Shown here: one piece after another, positions 35,901 to 48,800 of the stretch | Position numbering within the stretch: position 1 is the stretch's first letter | Layout: each line of letters begins with the position of its first letter | Source: Hyphochytrium catenoides | Lineage: Eukaryota > Protista > Hyphochytriomycota | Assembly: GCA_900088475.1 (NCBI GenBank) | Contig: FLMG01002493.1 | Coordinates: 1 to 64,000 of the forward strand | Direction of reading: 5' to 3' | DNA: 64,000 nt | Program-made: the position numbers and the translations under genes | Notes under the pieces: model-generated | Seen by the model: only the letters and a program-made list of their open reading frames with translations | Told to the model about the DNA's origin: nothing | Databases searched by the model: none

Positions 35901-38900
35901 TTCTAGCTTTGTCTTTCGTTGACCCTCTCACCTCCTTCCATACAGTCTACGAGCATGGCCCGCCGAAACTCATTTCTCTTCTCGCACTTACTTGTTCGCC
36001 AGGCCTTTGACTTTGAGCTCGAACTCTTCTATTCTAGAGACAATGTGGTAGAGGTGAAAGTAGCCTGCGGTCTCACATGTGTACCCAACGTCACCAGTGA
36101 TTCCTAGGCTGCCAGCCAGGTGTCCAACTTGTTCTAACAGCTCCAATCGGCGGGCCAAAGTGTACTGTAGAGGAAACCAAGCAAACAGATTAGTAATATA
36201 GACGAAGCAGAGTCACTCTCGGCCTATGATGTTCTGGCTGCTGCTTCAATCGTAGGATGGATAGGCATATCCGAGTGCACGGCATCAAAGCGCTACCTGT
36301 ACTCTTCCCCACTTGCTGAAATCTCCAGCTGATCCTAGATCCTTCTGTCCGGATCCTACCAGCGTCAAGGCGTGAGAGCACTGATGGTTACAGGGATTAA
36401 GTCTACTAACCCTCAGACCACGAAAGACTGAAACCAAGAAAGTGGTCCAGATTACAACGCCGACGTTCTTACCTAGACGCAGCAGATGTCTCTGCTCTAT
36501 GTCCATTTGTACAATCTTGTCGAAGAGATCATTCAGAGCTTGGTTGCTATGAGTCACTATGAGCGTACGTTGGGACGGGTAGTTGTGATAAAGGTTTGCT
36601 ATAATTTGCACCGCCACATCCGTCTTTCCCGTTCCTGGCGGACCGACTACCGTCGTGAGTCCTGGGCTTAGGCCAGAACGAATAGCCTCTACCTGTGCTG
36701 GCGTAAATCGGACCTATGGACCACGGAATGTTAATGAGCAATGAGAGAAGGAAACCAAAGAGACTTCAACTCAGTCACTAACAAAATGAACGTCGGCAAC
36801 GTTGTGGTCAGCTCGAGGACACTGATTATTGCGGTGCTTGATGTGGTCGGTGTTCCTCTTGCACAGACCAATAGAAGGACAATAGACATTCACAGGCATA
36901 CCTTTAACCTGTCCTCCTTGTGTATTTGATACGGTCCCATGTTCAGTCGAGAGTATGGGAAAACCCTAAGGAGTTCCTGTTCATTCCCTCTAGGCCGTCG
37001 GAACTCCAAGCGGTATGGAGGAAGAGGATCTTCCAGAAGCTGTCAAAGAACGATGTTATGAATGGAGAGAGTGTGGAGCGAAGATCCATCAGTCAAACTT
37101 CAAGTTAAAAAGAGCCCAGAGCTCGTCTCGAGGAGGGTAAAGGCTAATTGATAGTCTAACGCGCATTAGTAGGGATAAGGAAATGACGTCCAAGAAAGAA
37201 AAGGTCAGAGTAGCGAGCATGTCCTTTGGGGCTCTTAAAAGCTTACAGGTCTTTCTGTCTTTGGATCAAGGAATTCAATGGCTAAAGAGGGGAAGGAAGC
37301 GCGTAGGTGTTTGGCATCAATGAAGGTATTCCTGAAGTCCACAGCAGCCGCTCTTGTAGGAAGATTCTGATAAGATGCAGCCGAAGGATCTCCGTATCCT
37401 AGAAATACGTCGTGAAGCCACACCGGTACTGCTTTGTCCACTGCTGTCACGTTCATAAGGTCCCTGCAAAGAAAAATTGAAGAGGGTTCACGAGTGGTGA
37501 GTGGTGCTGATTCCGCAATGGTCTTTAGAGACTATCGGTAAAATAGGAATAAATGCACGCGACAGAAACCTCAAGGATCCGACAGACGGGGGGCACACGA
37601 GTACAAGGAGCACACAGTCATGTGTGACGCAGAGCTTTCCTACTATCTACTAAGCCGCCTTTCGTACCTTATGGTCTCAAGAATGCCTTTAAAGTTGTTC
37701 TCCTTCTTCTTTCTTCTAATTATGATGTTCAGTCCATCGTAGACGTCACTCCCATCCTCCAGATCCTTCTGATACTGCGCAGCGTCCAGCCGCACGCGAA
37801 CTGTTCGAGCGGTCCCTCTCTTACGAAGCTTTTCCCTGTCCATATCTCCTCTATCTTCTCTGCCTGAAGGGTCGTTCATGACGTTCCCTGCCTCATCTCT
37901 AAGCTCGTAAACCTGGCGGTGTCATTTGGGACAGACGGAAGAACGTAGACAACGACGCCAAGGGTAGAGCAGTAATTGCATCAATCAGTCGCCTAATTGC
38001 TAAGCTAGAAAAGCTTAAGAGAGTGTATCAGCCTTACCTCCGCTCCTCGAACAGATATCACTCCATACTTCTCCGGAAAGAAATGATCATCCCCCGACCT
38101 GGTCACCCAATGTTAGAGTCAACCAATCTCGGCGAAAGGTTCTCGAAGGAGGAGAGGTGACACTGCAGCGTCAAAGATAGCGAGGGACTAAAGAAAGATG
38201 TCTAACCTATCATCAGGCTTCGGAGGTGTGGATGGCGGTTTGATCGTCAAGAGGAAAATGACATCATGTTCCCTAAACTCATCCCAGTCGCGGATTAGGT
38301 CCGCGCCATAGTGGGCGAGGCTGTACTTGATCTCCGCCTTGACACTCGAGGGCTTTGACTCTCCGATCCGAGGCTTAGCCACTTCAATAATGGAGAAGGA
38401 GGAGAGGGGACAAGCCATGCGCGCCCAACCTGCCGTCAAGAAAGAAGCCAGTGGCAATCGACAGAGCAATCAGGCTGTAAGCGTCTTACAATGGAGGGCG
38501 AAGGGACAGGAGTGAGGTAGCAGAGAGCACTCCTTAGATATTAACAGATTCGCAGCTTCTCGTACCTCTAAAGACCGTGCGACCATCCAAGTCCCTGTTA
38601 GCGGACAAACGTCTAACTGCATCCATTATGTCTTCCTTGATCTCATAGGCGGACTCCAAGCGATAGAGGTTGAAGGATCGCAGCAAATAGTCATAGAAAG
38701 TCAGGAACTGCAAGTTAAGCTTAGGAAGCGCAAGAACGGATTGACCGTCATACTGCGAGAGAGATGACAGCTTTTCATCCCAAAGGAAGTCTTCAGATGG
38801 GAATAGAGGAAGTCGATTAATCGCCTCTGTCTGCGATATTCTCTTCTCATGTGACGCGACTATGAGCTCAAGGAGAAATTCCTTGCTATAGTTCATCTTC

Positions 38901-40608
38901 TCTCCGTCCTCCTGAACAGGTTCTTCATGGTCCGGCTGAGATTCTATAAGATGTAACTTCTCGCAAAGGGCTCTTAATTCCACCTGTCCCAGCTGCTGGA
39001 AGTAGGAACGCAACGACTCTCTGGAGCTCACCGAGCCCGCACTTTTCATCACAAAATCTTTCAACTCTCCCGACTCTCCCGAAGCAGAAATCTGCTTGAA
39101 AACCAGGCCTTGAAGAGCCATAATTCGGTTGTAATGCCGAGCTTTCACCTCGTTAGGCGTCAGTGGCTGTCCTGTCTGGTCATTGATCTCAAAATCCTGA
39201 TAGAACTTTAGCATTTCCACTAAGTCGCGGAATAGCTTGCCTTCAGGTCTTTTGCCCATTTCCGATAGTCTGCAATGGACTACGACATGCATATCGTCCA
39301 GTAAAGCACGGAGAAAGCGCCGGGTAGGTAGCTGGGACACCAGATCGATCGACAGTTCTAAGAATCTTTCTATGTACCGCACCATATCTGGATCTAGAGG
39401 CGTGCTAAGGTCGCCTGAGATCTGTTTCACGGTGCGAACGAAATGCTTTATAAGAGACGGGATAAGCGTTGACGTATAGGCATCAATGCCATCCGACTCT
39501 TTTTTCTTCTCCGCAGTTGAGGCCTCGTTATTGCCCTTTCTCTTTTTGGCGGTTGGCTTTTCTTCGGCAGTCTCTCTTTCCCTTCCCAATAGTTGCTGCC
39601 AATGACGACGCAGAGTCGGATAGTCTCTCAACTCATCTCTTCGACGTCCAGATGAGAGATTTTTCCACAAGGCAAGAGACACAACCCTGAGAAAGCAATT
39701 GCGCACCATATCCTGCTCCAAGGACTGGAAGCAGTTCGTGAGGAAGAGCGTCAGGGAAGCTCTTTGGCTCCAGTTGAGCTTTTCACTCTCCTCTAAGACC
39801 TTGAATAGCTGCAGAACAAAGTGGGAGAAGGTCTCCTTATGTTCCTTGAAAGCCTCCCAGACCGGCACTCCCTCTCTGCACGGCAAATGTTAAAGTTGGG
39901 CTCTGTGATGCCAACAATGCAGCACTATTGAGGACTCAAGAGGAAGACGAGAAACAGCAAGCTCGATAAGACGAGCTCTGGAGGCAGCAGTTCTGGAAAG
40001 GTAGAAAGACGAGAGCGGACCATTTGCTATGCTAAGGAGTGTACCTGAATTTTTCGTTCATCATAAGAACCATGCTAAAGATGTGGGAGAACGGTGCCGC
40101 TTCGGAAGGAAAGTGAGGCAAGAGGTAGCTCTCCAGATATGCACTGGCCTCAAGCTTGTTAATTCCACTTGTATTCTGGCCTTTCTCCATAACAGTCTCA
40201 AAGATATCTTGAACGACATCGGACGAAAATGACCCGTCGGTCGGGAAGAGTGATTCTGGGCTCTTCTGCAAGTAGTTTGCGACAGTGGAGAGTGAGTAAC
40301 CACCACAGAGCAGCTACTCCGGGCAAGAGAGGACGATGGAGCCTTACCATTGCAAGCTTCTGTTTTAACGACTTGACTTGCTCTACGATAGGTTTACTAT
40401 GGCTCTTATTTCTCGGGCTAGTGCTCTGTGGTGCAGCCTCTTGTGAAGCTATGACATTGGTGAGAGCCTTCACTTGCTCCACAATGGGCTTGTTATGGCC
40501 GGCTTCGACTGCTTCATCACGCGTAGGGGGAGGGGCAGATTCATCCTTTGCTGCTTTGCCCTTCGGTGTACCCTTTACACCACTGGAACGCCTCTTCTTG
40601 GGAGGCAT
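32918..40608 (-). CDS. AQR: Intron-binding spliceosomal RNA helicase Aquarius (multi-exon)
   Basis: Motifs [86 protein letters not shown]-loop [59 protein letters not shown] and [21 protein letters not shown] at 40608, TAG at 32918-32920. Confidence 0.96.
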
Positions 40609-40944
40609 GGTAAAGAAGGCTATTCCAAGCTGCCCCAGCTATAGGGATCAGGAACAGGATCTGTTTCTAAGCGCCTAAGCCTCTTGCTTCGGCATACAAG
40701 CTCTTTACGACTTTCAGCAACCCTTGAGGCGAGGGCTTAGGAATACCTTCTTGCTCTTGATTATAAAGCTGAACGAAGGAAGACTTCTTCAGCATCTGAA
40801 CAGAGGTATTACTCGAGCTCCTGTCTCCGAAATGCAGAATCTCAAGAATGAAAATCTTCAGCTCCCACCACAGCATTGTCAAGAAAGATATCTCCGATAG
40901 GGTTCACCTGAACCTGCTATATTCCTTATAATTTCGCTTTTGAT

Positions 40945-41592
40945 AAGGCTTATTATGAATCTCTGCCCTCTACAGTTGCATAGTCATTTCATTCTAGATT
41001 TTCGGGTCTCATTCATTATTTCTTCATAAAGAAAATCTATAGACTTTTACATATCACTTGATAGTACTCCATATAATGCTATCTCCTTGAGGCCTGAACG
41101 TCAGGTATGAGTGATGTCTTCATGATCGATCTCTGCCCCGTGCGCTGTACAGCTGCATAGCCATCTCATTCTAGAGTTCCCGGCCTTGTTATTATCAATT
41201 TGAGACTGTTACATTTTTTAATAAATATTTTGATAGTACTCCGTATAATGTTATCTCCTTGAGGCCTGAACGCTGATATGTTTAGTATGAATCTCTGCCC
41301 TGTACGATGTACAGCTGCATAGTCATGTCATTCTAGAGTTCCGGGCCTCGTTATGATTATCCATTTGAGACTGTTACATTTATTTAGATATTTTAATAGT
41401 ACTCTGTAAATGTTATCTCCTTGAGGCCTGAGCGCCTATGACTGATATGTTTGGTTTGAATATCTGCCCTGTACGCTGTAACAGAATTGTCACTTCATTC
41501 TAGATTTCATCAACTAGAGACTCTTACATAATGTCTAGTACTCCCTATAATCCTGTCTCCTTGGGGCCTGACCTCTACGTATGAAGTGATAT
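40945..41592. repeat. AT-rich diverged tandem array, 4 copies of ~162-170 bp
   Basis: The anchor atctctgccc recurs at ~40959, 41129, 41291 and 41462. Shared blocks: tcattctaga, agact.ttacat and tagtactc...tctccttg.ggcctga. A 120-nt sample counted by hand is ~35% GC. Confidence 0.92.
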
Positions 41593-42043
41593 GCTGGAAC
41601 GGAAGACAGCGTCCGTTCCTGTCTCATGGCGGTTGTTGATCACTCATAAAAATAGAGAGACCTTCCCAACAACCCCCAACACCCCTGTCCTCGGGAGCGA
41701 AGATCAATCACTCCGCCTTGTTCCCTTCTGTCCCGGCTAAAGTAGGACTGTTGTTCTTCTGCGGAGTGAGAACTATTATGGTCTCAATCTTCGGTGCCAT
41801 CTTCTGACCAACACACATCAGGCCATCGTCCGCCCTTCTCCCCTCCAAAATGTTAGAGCACATTCTCTTTCTTGCCATGAATGGAGTGGTTATAAATTAT
41901 CCAAAAAGTATGGTACAGAGAGTACGTGATGAGGACTACTAACTCTAGATAATGCATTTGCTGTGGCGGCACCATCAGAGACGAGTCCTGAATAAATAGG
42001 CCAATACCATGTCTACAATAGCACAAAAAAGTGTTAAGAGAGC

Positions 42044-42112
42044 GAGATGGGTCATCATCCCCTGGGTGGCTAGAGATGGGTCATCATCCAATTGGGTGCC
42101 TAGATCCGGGTC
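42044..42112. repeat. ~29 bp direct repeat, about 2.4 copies
   Basis: gagatgggtcatcatcc..tgggtg.cta at 42044 and 42073, with a partial third copy at ~42102. Confidence 0.8.
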
Positions 42113-43547
42113 TTACGACATCGATAGTAGGAACTCAGGAGGTAGCTGTCGGCAGTTTCGTGATGGCCTGCCTTTCTCCGCCATTGAGTTTGACAAACGT
42201 CCCTTGTTAGCTGGACGTTTATCGGAGAACAGTAGCTCTGCCTGGCCACGAGACCTCAATGCCAAGGCCCGGAAGAAGTCATGGCTGCTTGAACTATCAG
42301 AATTTTCATGATTGTCTGCATTTGAAACTGAAACTGGGTCTTGCTCCTTGTCGGATGAGATAACATACGTGCTGACAGCCTGAGGTGGGGCTCCAGATGC
42401 CCCCGTGTACTCTCCCCATGCGTCATCAGCCATTACAGTTATCTCAGACACAAGGCTATCTGCAGGAGCCCATCTTATTGACCTGTTATGTGAAGAAAGA
42501 CGAGGTCGGGAGCTTCTGTTGGCTGCTTCGTCGCGATTATGTGCCGTGATATACGGGTGCTCAAGAAGTTCATCGAGGGTCGGCCAAGCTTCGGTCTCAT
42601 AAGACCATAAGGAGCCGCTGCTTCGTGGGCCACAGAGCTGAATAAATGATCTAAGCTCCGGATCAGTAATACTTTTAGCCATAGCTTCAAATAGCCTCTT
42701 CATGGTGGTGAGATGTGAAGTCCGCGAACACGTATTACTGCCCGTAGCGATCTGAAGTATTAGATTGGAGAGCCATATCATCTCCTCTGTTGTAGGAGAT
42801 CGACGCCATTAGACCACAGAGGACGCTTTAAAATGCAAACAGAATAATTTCCCACCTTTTAGCTTCGACGGCGGGATGGGTACAACGGAGTCAAGCTTCT
42901 GGAGGCAGCCGAGGTCAAATAGGACCAGCCTGGAGCTCTCAGAGGCAACTCGAAAGGACTCGGGAGTAAGCGACCGGAAGACAAAGCCATACTTATGGAG
43001 GAAAGCGGTGAGTCGAAGGATGCCTTCTATGACCTCGCGCACTCTGGAAGGTCCGCGGTTGAGGGGCCTGCTAAACTCGAACGTGCCCACGTGCTCTGTA
43101 ACTATCACGAGCTCAGCTGTGCTCCTATCAAACCAAGTATCCACAAGCTTCACTACGGCGGGATGACACAAACCATTGCTCACTGTTGAAGAGAAGGCCT
43201 TCAGCAGCTGTACCTAAATGGGTAAATCTGGGTGAGACCTCGGTAATCGTTTTTAAACGTCAGACGTAGAACCTCAAAGTATAGCAGCTGATACACGATT
43301 GATCCACGATTGTTAGTAAATTGCAGCCATCAACGGAGGGCCAAAGCCCTAAAAGCAACCTGTCCCCGACGCTTACCGTCTGCAGCAGCAATTGTTTTTC
43401 GCTATCCTTATGATTCGTGACTCGAGTCACTCTGTATGTTAACTTCCCTTCACTTCCACGCTTGATGGCATCGTACTCCGTCCATAAGCCCTCCGTACGG
43501 ACTTTCTGCAATATATAGGAATCTTTCTTCGTACTACAGTCGTCCAT
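42113..43547 (-). CDS. Protein kinase-fold protein, WNK/NRBP-like pseudokinase (3 exons)
   Basis: Motifs LCHPAVVKLVDTWFD...LVIVTE, FLHKYGFVFRSLTPESF, LFDLG, LQIATG, ITDPELRSFIQLC and PTLDELLEHPYI. The catalytic motifs are degenerate. Confidence 0.7.
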
Positions 43548-45857
43548 CTCCAGACGTCTTGCGGATGTTTACATGGGTGTAATCGCGTTGGTTGCGATGA
43601 AATGAGTTCGCTGTTTACCAGGTCTCCTATTATCTTTTGTTGACAAGTGCTACTCGCCACCGCGCGCAGAGAGTCGTTAATCGGCTTGAAGCATGTAGCA
43701 TACAACCATACAGTAGGAGGTAAAGCCTTTAGTTATGTTCTTGTTCCGGGATTCTGTGTTGTCTCGCGATTTTAAAGTCCGGGCTTGCTTTTGTGTGTAT
43801 GTTAGTTCTATGTTCTTCTTCCAAGTTGTAGCGCCTGCTAGAGTTCTTCTTGCAATCTATTCCGATAGCAAAAGAATGCCCACAACCAGAACAGAAACAG
43901 CGGCCACGGAAAAGAAGAGGTGAAAGAGTGGAGATAGTGGCTTTCTCAGCAAACATGGAGGCTTCTTGCCACGCTATGTTTGTCAGGCACGATGTCAGGA
44001 GATGATGCAGAGAACTTTTGGCGATTTACAGAGAACGAGAGAAAAAAGCTGAAGACGAGCATCATCACCTGGTGGTCGTAAACATCAGCATTATTCTTAG
44101 CAGGGGCAGATGATTGGGCAGTTGCATCTGCAGTCCTTGCACCTACTACTCACTCGTGACTTCTTCCACGCTGGCGGCATAGTGACAAGGACGCGCCCTC
44201 CCCCGCCGACCGTCCGACTTTGGAGAGGCAGGCAGTGAAGGCGGAAAATGGGCAGGGACAGAACACAGGCGGTTAGGGTGCATAGAGACGATTATGGGCG
44301 GGAAGGGGGGCGGTTGATCCTTAGGTGGCTTCAGCCAAAGTGCTCCTACAAGACATTGGCACGGCGGAATAGGAAAAGGAACATCCAAAACCAGCGGGTG
44401 TCACGCTTGGAAGTGGAGGGAGAGTGAAGAAGAAAGGAAGAACGTTGGTACACGTCGACCTTGATGTTCCATGAAAGATTCCAACGAAATAGACAGGAAT
44501 ATTAAATTTACTGTCTAATTATGGGAGGCCTATGCGAAGCTTTCATTTCGGTGGTAGGTTTCTACTTACTGGCCAGCTGTGTGCTTTCGAATGTCCGAAA
44601 CTTGTAACCTCAATGATTCTGAAAGCCAGGCCTCGTCGAAAGCTTCATTTGCATTGATTAACATAGTTTTTAATGGGAAGAAACAAGTAGTGAAGAATTA
44701 GCGGCAGGGAATATTCCCGCCAGGTTGACGAGAATAAATGAGGGGAGTGCACCATTGAAATGACGGGATGAGCGCCGCTGCCGCCTTTCTATTTGGTTGG
44801 GAATCAGAGAGGCAAGAAATTTCATGGCTTGAAGATGCAGGAAGGGCGGGCGCCACAGAATATTGAGTAACACCCGCCCCTTATTTTACCAATGATGGCT
44901 CTCGGTGAAACGCAGCTTGAACAGTCATCCCCATACGTCTATGAAGCGTTATTCAAGCTTATCATCTCTCCAACTTGTTATGCGCAACTACTCGGCCAAT
45001 AAACTGTTTACAAGACCGAACTTTGCCTGTCGTTGTGCGGGAAATCTCCATCAATGTGACTGTGAATGTCTTGGATGAACTGCCCAAGTGCAGGTAGTCG
45101 GTGAGGGTTGGCCTCCTTGTGAAATCTGAACAATGTGACCAACAAAAGGATACTCCTGGGCTTGATGTGCAGTGATCATAGAGCTCTTGGTGATCTATGA
45201 GAGGCAAGGATCGCTGGAGCTCGTCCGTCTAAGAATGCTTCCGTTGAGTTGAGGAGAATCAACTGATGCACTGTCAGAGGTTCCTCTGCTTGTCCCATTG
45301 GGCGGGTCATCATCGGCAGACAGACATTGAAAGTCAATAAATTTCACCCTAATCTGACTCTAATCCTGCAGAACCGGTTCACGCACCTCCAGGTTGAAGA
45401 GGTATTGAGGACGCCTTCCACCATAGTGTTTGTTACTTGAATTGGTACTATCCACGTACCACTAAACGGTTGGCCGGGTAGGAGGAGCAAGGAGGCTTTC
45501 CCAAGACCTTCTTCGAAGTGCAGTTAATAGGCCATCGATGTGAAAAAGCGATGCCATAAGAGAAGGAGATAAGGGTAGCGTGACGGGCGGCGCCTGATGC
45601 TGATGAGGAGCTATCCTTAGCAGAGAGTAGAGCATTGGATTTTGACAGTTCTGAAAGAGGAAGAACTCCTAGGCTGCGATAAACAGCTCTATTATAAAGA
45701 TATTAGAAATGATTCCTCGCCAGCGGCACTAAAAGGATACCGTGTCATTCAGTCAACAGCATCTCGATGAACCTGAGTTCTGCTCGTTGACGAAATAAAT
45801 TTAAGTTTACGAAAGAGAAGAAGCAGCACGCAACGAACAAGGGATAAAAATGATGTG

Positions 45858-48800
45858 TTAGCTGAGCTTGTCGAAGAAGCTCATAATTGCATCGGACTCC
45901 GCGGTGGTGGTTTCCTGCAACAGTCGATGCTCAAGTTGCTGATATTGCGTTCCGGAACTTGAGGAGAGCCCTCCGAACATCTCGACGATGGTTCCATCTG
46001 CAGTCCTTAGAAATTGCCTATATAGCCGCTTTTTGCCGGTAAAGTCAACGTCATAGATCGCTAAGTGGGTGGAAGATTCTTTGAAGGCTGGGTCGATGGG
46101 ATCTGTCATGACGTAGTCACAAACGGCCACCTTTCTTAAGCTCCCTGGTATATCATCAGAGAGGGGAGTCATCCAAGGCGACGGAGGTCAATCAGCTCCG
46201 GACAAAGCATAGCATGGATGGCACACCAAGCAACTTACCCTTCGGCCCACGATACTTAGCAGCCTTCTGGCACAAGATCAGGACATCTTCCACTGACACC
46301 TCTAAGTCATTAGGTACAATGAACAAGGAGCCATCACCGCATAGCCTCCGATACCGGTCTTTCAACCTCCCGTTCATATGAAGGAAGACAATGTACCCAA
46401 TGAGAAAGCCCACGGAGATTAGCGTAAGGGCACCGTATATCAAGACGGTAAGAAGGAGTCCTGGAATGCCGCTCCCTTCATCCTGCAGAAACCTTTGGTA
46501 CAGCTTGAACCCGTCTCCTTCTACGCAGCTAGCGATCACAGTTGGGCAGACAAAACGATGTGCGGAAGAAGAGATTGGGGAGACAAAAATATTAGGAGTC
46601 CAACGAACGTGGGTACCAAATGAGTACCACCAAAGCAGCACCTCGACTACACATAACATCAAAGTCCAGAAGTAGCGTATTGCATAACATGGTAAGAAGT
46701 AAAGGAGGCATGAGATCAGCAAGTAACACGGTCGAAAATTTAGACTTAGTCAAAGAGGGACCTTCTACCTGCAGAAGACCGTGGAAGATATCCCTGCACA
46801 TGCATCAGTGCAGTCGAAGTTCCCGGACAATATATCGACAACAAGGACAAGGAAGGGATCCAGGACAGTAGCGATCCCGTAACAAAGAATGAACTGAAAG
46901 CCTGTGCTCGGGAAGTGGCCAAGAAAGACATAGGAGAGACCCCCAACCAGGGCAAAGCTGAAAAATGCCAGCAGGTTGGAGATGCTTCCAATCATAACCT
47001 AAAAGAAGACAGCAGACCAGAATTGAGCAAGGATCGGAAGCGTTAGAGGCTTATACAAAGAGAGGGAAATGGACGCTCATTTGAGTGCAATAGGACTTTC
47101 AACGATATATATCTCTGCCGCACGTACCAACCCGACCTCATAAATAGCGCTAACATTGCTGATAGGATACCTAGAGAACAGGTTCCAGTTTATAAAGAGC
47201 AGGAGAGAACGTCAGGAACCAAATACAGACGCCCATGCCCTGACCAGACATTTAGGCAGGTAGAGAGCGATCGTAACTTGGGATAGAGTAAACACAGGCT
47301 CGGGAAAAGAGTGAGGTGAAGCCAGAGAGATGAAGACAATACTAGGATGATAGCAGAGCAAATCTGTAAGGACTTCACGAAGGCAGTGAAGAGACATTAT
47401 CGAGTAAGGAGTCATAGAGAAGGTAGCGCCTAATACGGGTAGGGTCGTACTTGATAGTAACCGTGTGAAGCTGCGGCACGGCATAGTACATGTAGATGCC
47501 TACACTCTGACAGTAGTACCATTGGCCTAAATAATGAACGTATATCCGGACCCAAAGCGACAAGAGCAGCAGGAACAGCATTGACCAGAACTCGGACGTG
47601 AAGAAGCGGTTCAGTGTGAGGTCGCAGGTTAACTTCATCGCGATTTTCGGTAGCAGAAACAAGAGTGTCAGTCAGAGTAGGATAGACAAGCATGGGCTCA
47701 CGCCTCCCCAAGGGTGAAAGATGGTGGTGATAAGAGCACAAGCGAGGGGAATATGTATTAAGGAGCGGTGAAGATAGAGACACATCGAGAGAGGTAAAAG
47801 AACTTGGAGACGTAACGAGGTGAGATGATCGGACGGTGACCGCAACTGTGCAACACCAGATCGAAGGCATAGGAAGCAATTAGAAGATAGCGAGAAAGAT
47901 TCAGGGAACAGCGGGACCATGTCACCTACATCAGCCTAAGGAAAGAGGAAGAAGAGATGAAGCGGTGATTACCTCGTCAATAACTAGGGCCATTCTCTTT
48001 TTTAGTTCGGGAATCGAGGAAGTGAGGACGCCCTCTGCGACCGAGTACGAGTATTCTTCAAGGTTCAAGGGAGTCTTACGTCCCACTTTGCCTGACTCCT
48101 CACCACCCAGAAGAATTACTTTCTTGTGGCCTATCTCTCCTCCCTCTTCTGGGGGCAACTGGAACAAAGTCTCAGGGATGGAGTCGAACAGCTTTTTTTC
48201 CTGGGCGAGTAGGTCCTTGGCCGTGATATCTTCCACCTCTAGCAGTGGACCTTTTGGCTCTTCACCCTCCTTTGACTCCCCGCTATTCCTCTTACTGTTT
48301 GGAGTCTGGTCGGTTATCTTCGCCCCAGCTTCCTGCTTCGTCGTCGTTGCCTCAGCGGTCCCGAAGGCAGCAGGACTAGTTCCATCAGCAGCACCCTTTG
48401 AAGAGGAAAAGCAGATAAAAAGGGATATGTGGGCTCTATTTTTGGTGAACTTAGTAAACGGTGAGAAAAGGATTGACTTACCTTCATAGACCGGGTAGTT
48501 GATACTGGTGAGCTAGAAACCGCTTCTAGGGGAGAGGATGCTTAAAATTTCCGTGGACGCTAGCTAGGAACAACAGCAAAGGGTCCAGTTCATCTACTTA
48601 CCCGGGGATATATGTCTTCGAGAATCCGCCAGCTCCAAAGTTGACTATAGGTCACAGAGAGGAAAGGAGAGTTTACTGTTGCTGAAAGTGTTTGACATAG
48701 CGAGCGTAGTCCATATAAAAAGAGGTGATCACAACTAGTGTCGTCTCTATGGAGCAAGATTCTTCGTTTACCTCCTCTCTATCACCAGATTCGAGATTGA

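Noticed and set aside
40945-41592. CRISPR array interpretation of the tandem repeat
   Set aside because: The whole ~170 bp unit is homologous between copies, with no identical short repeats or unique spacers. There are no cas genes and the context is eukaryotic.
43700-45800. Short ORFs and exon-like fragments between the pseudokinase and the OFCC1-like gene
   Set aside because: No coherent gene model or recognisable domain. It may be another relic, but the evidence is too weak.
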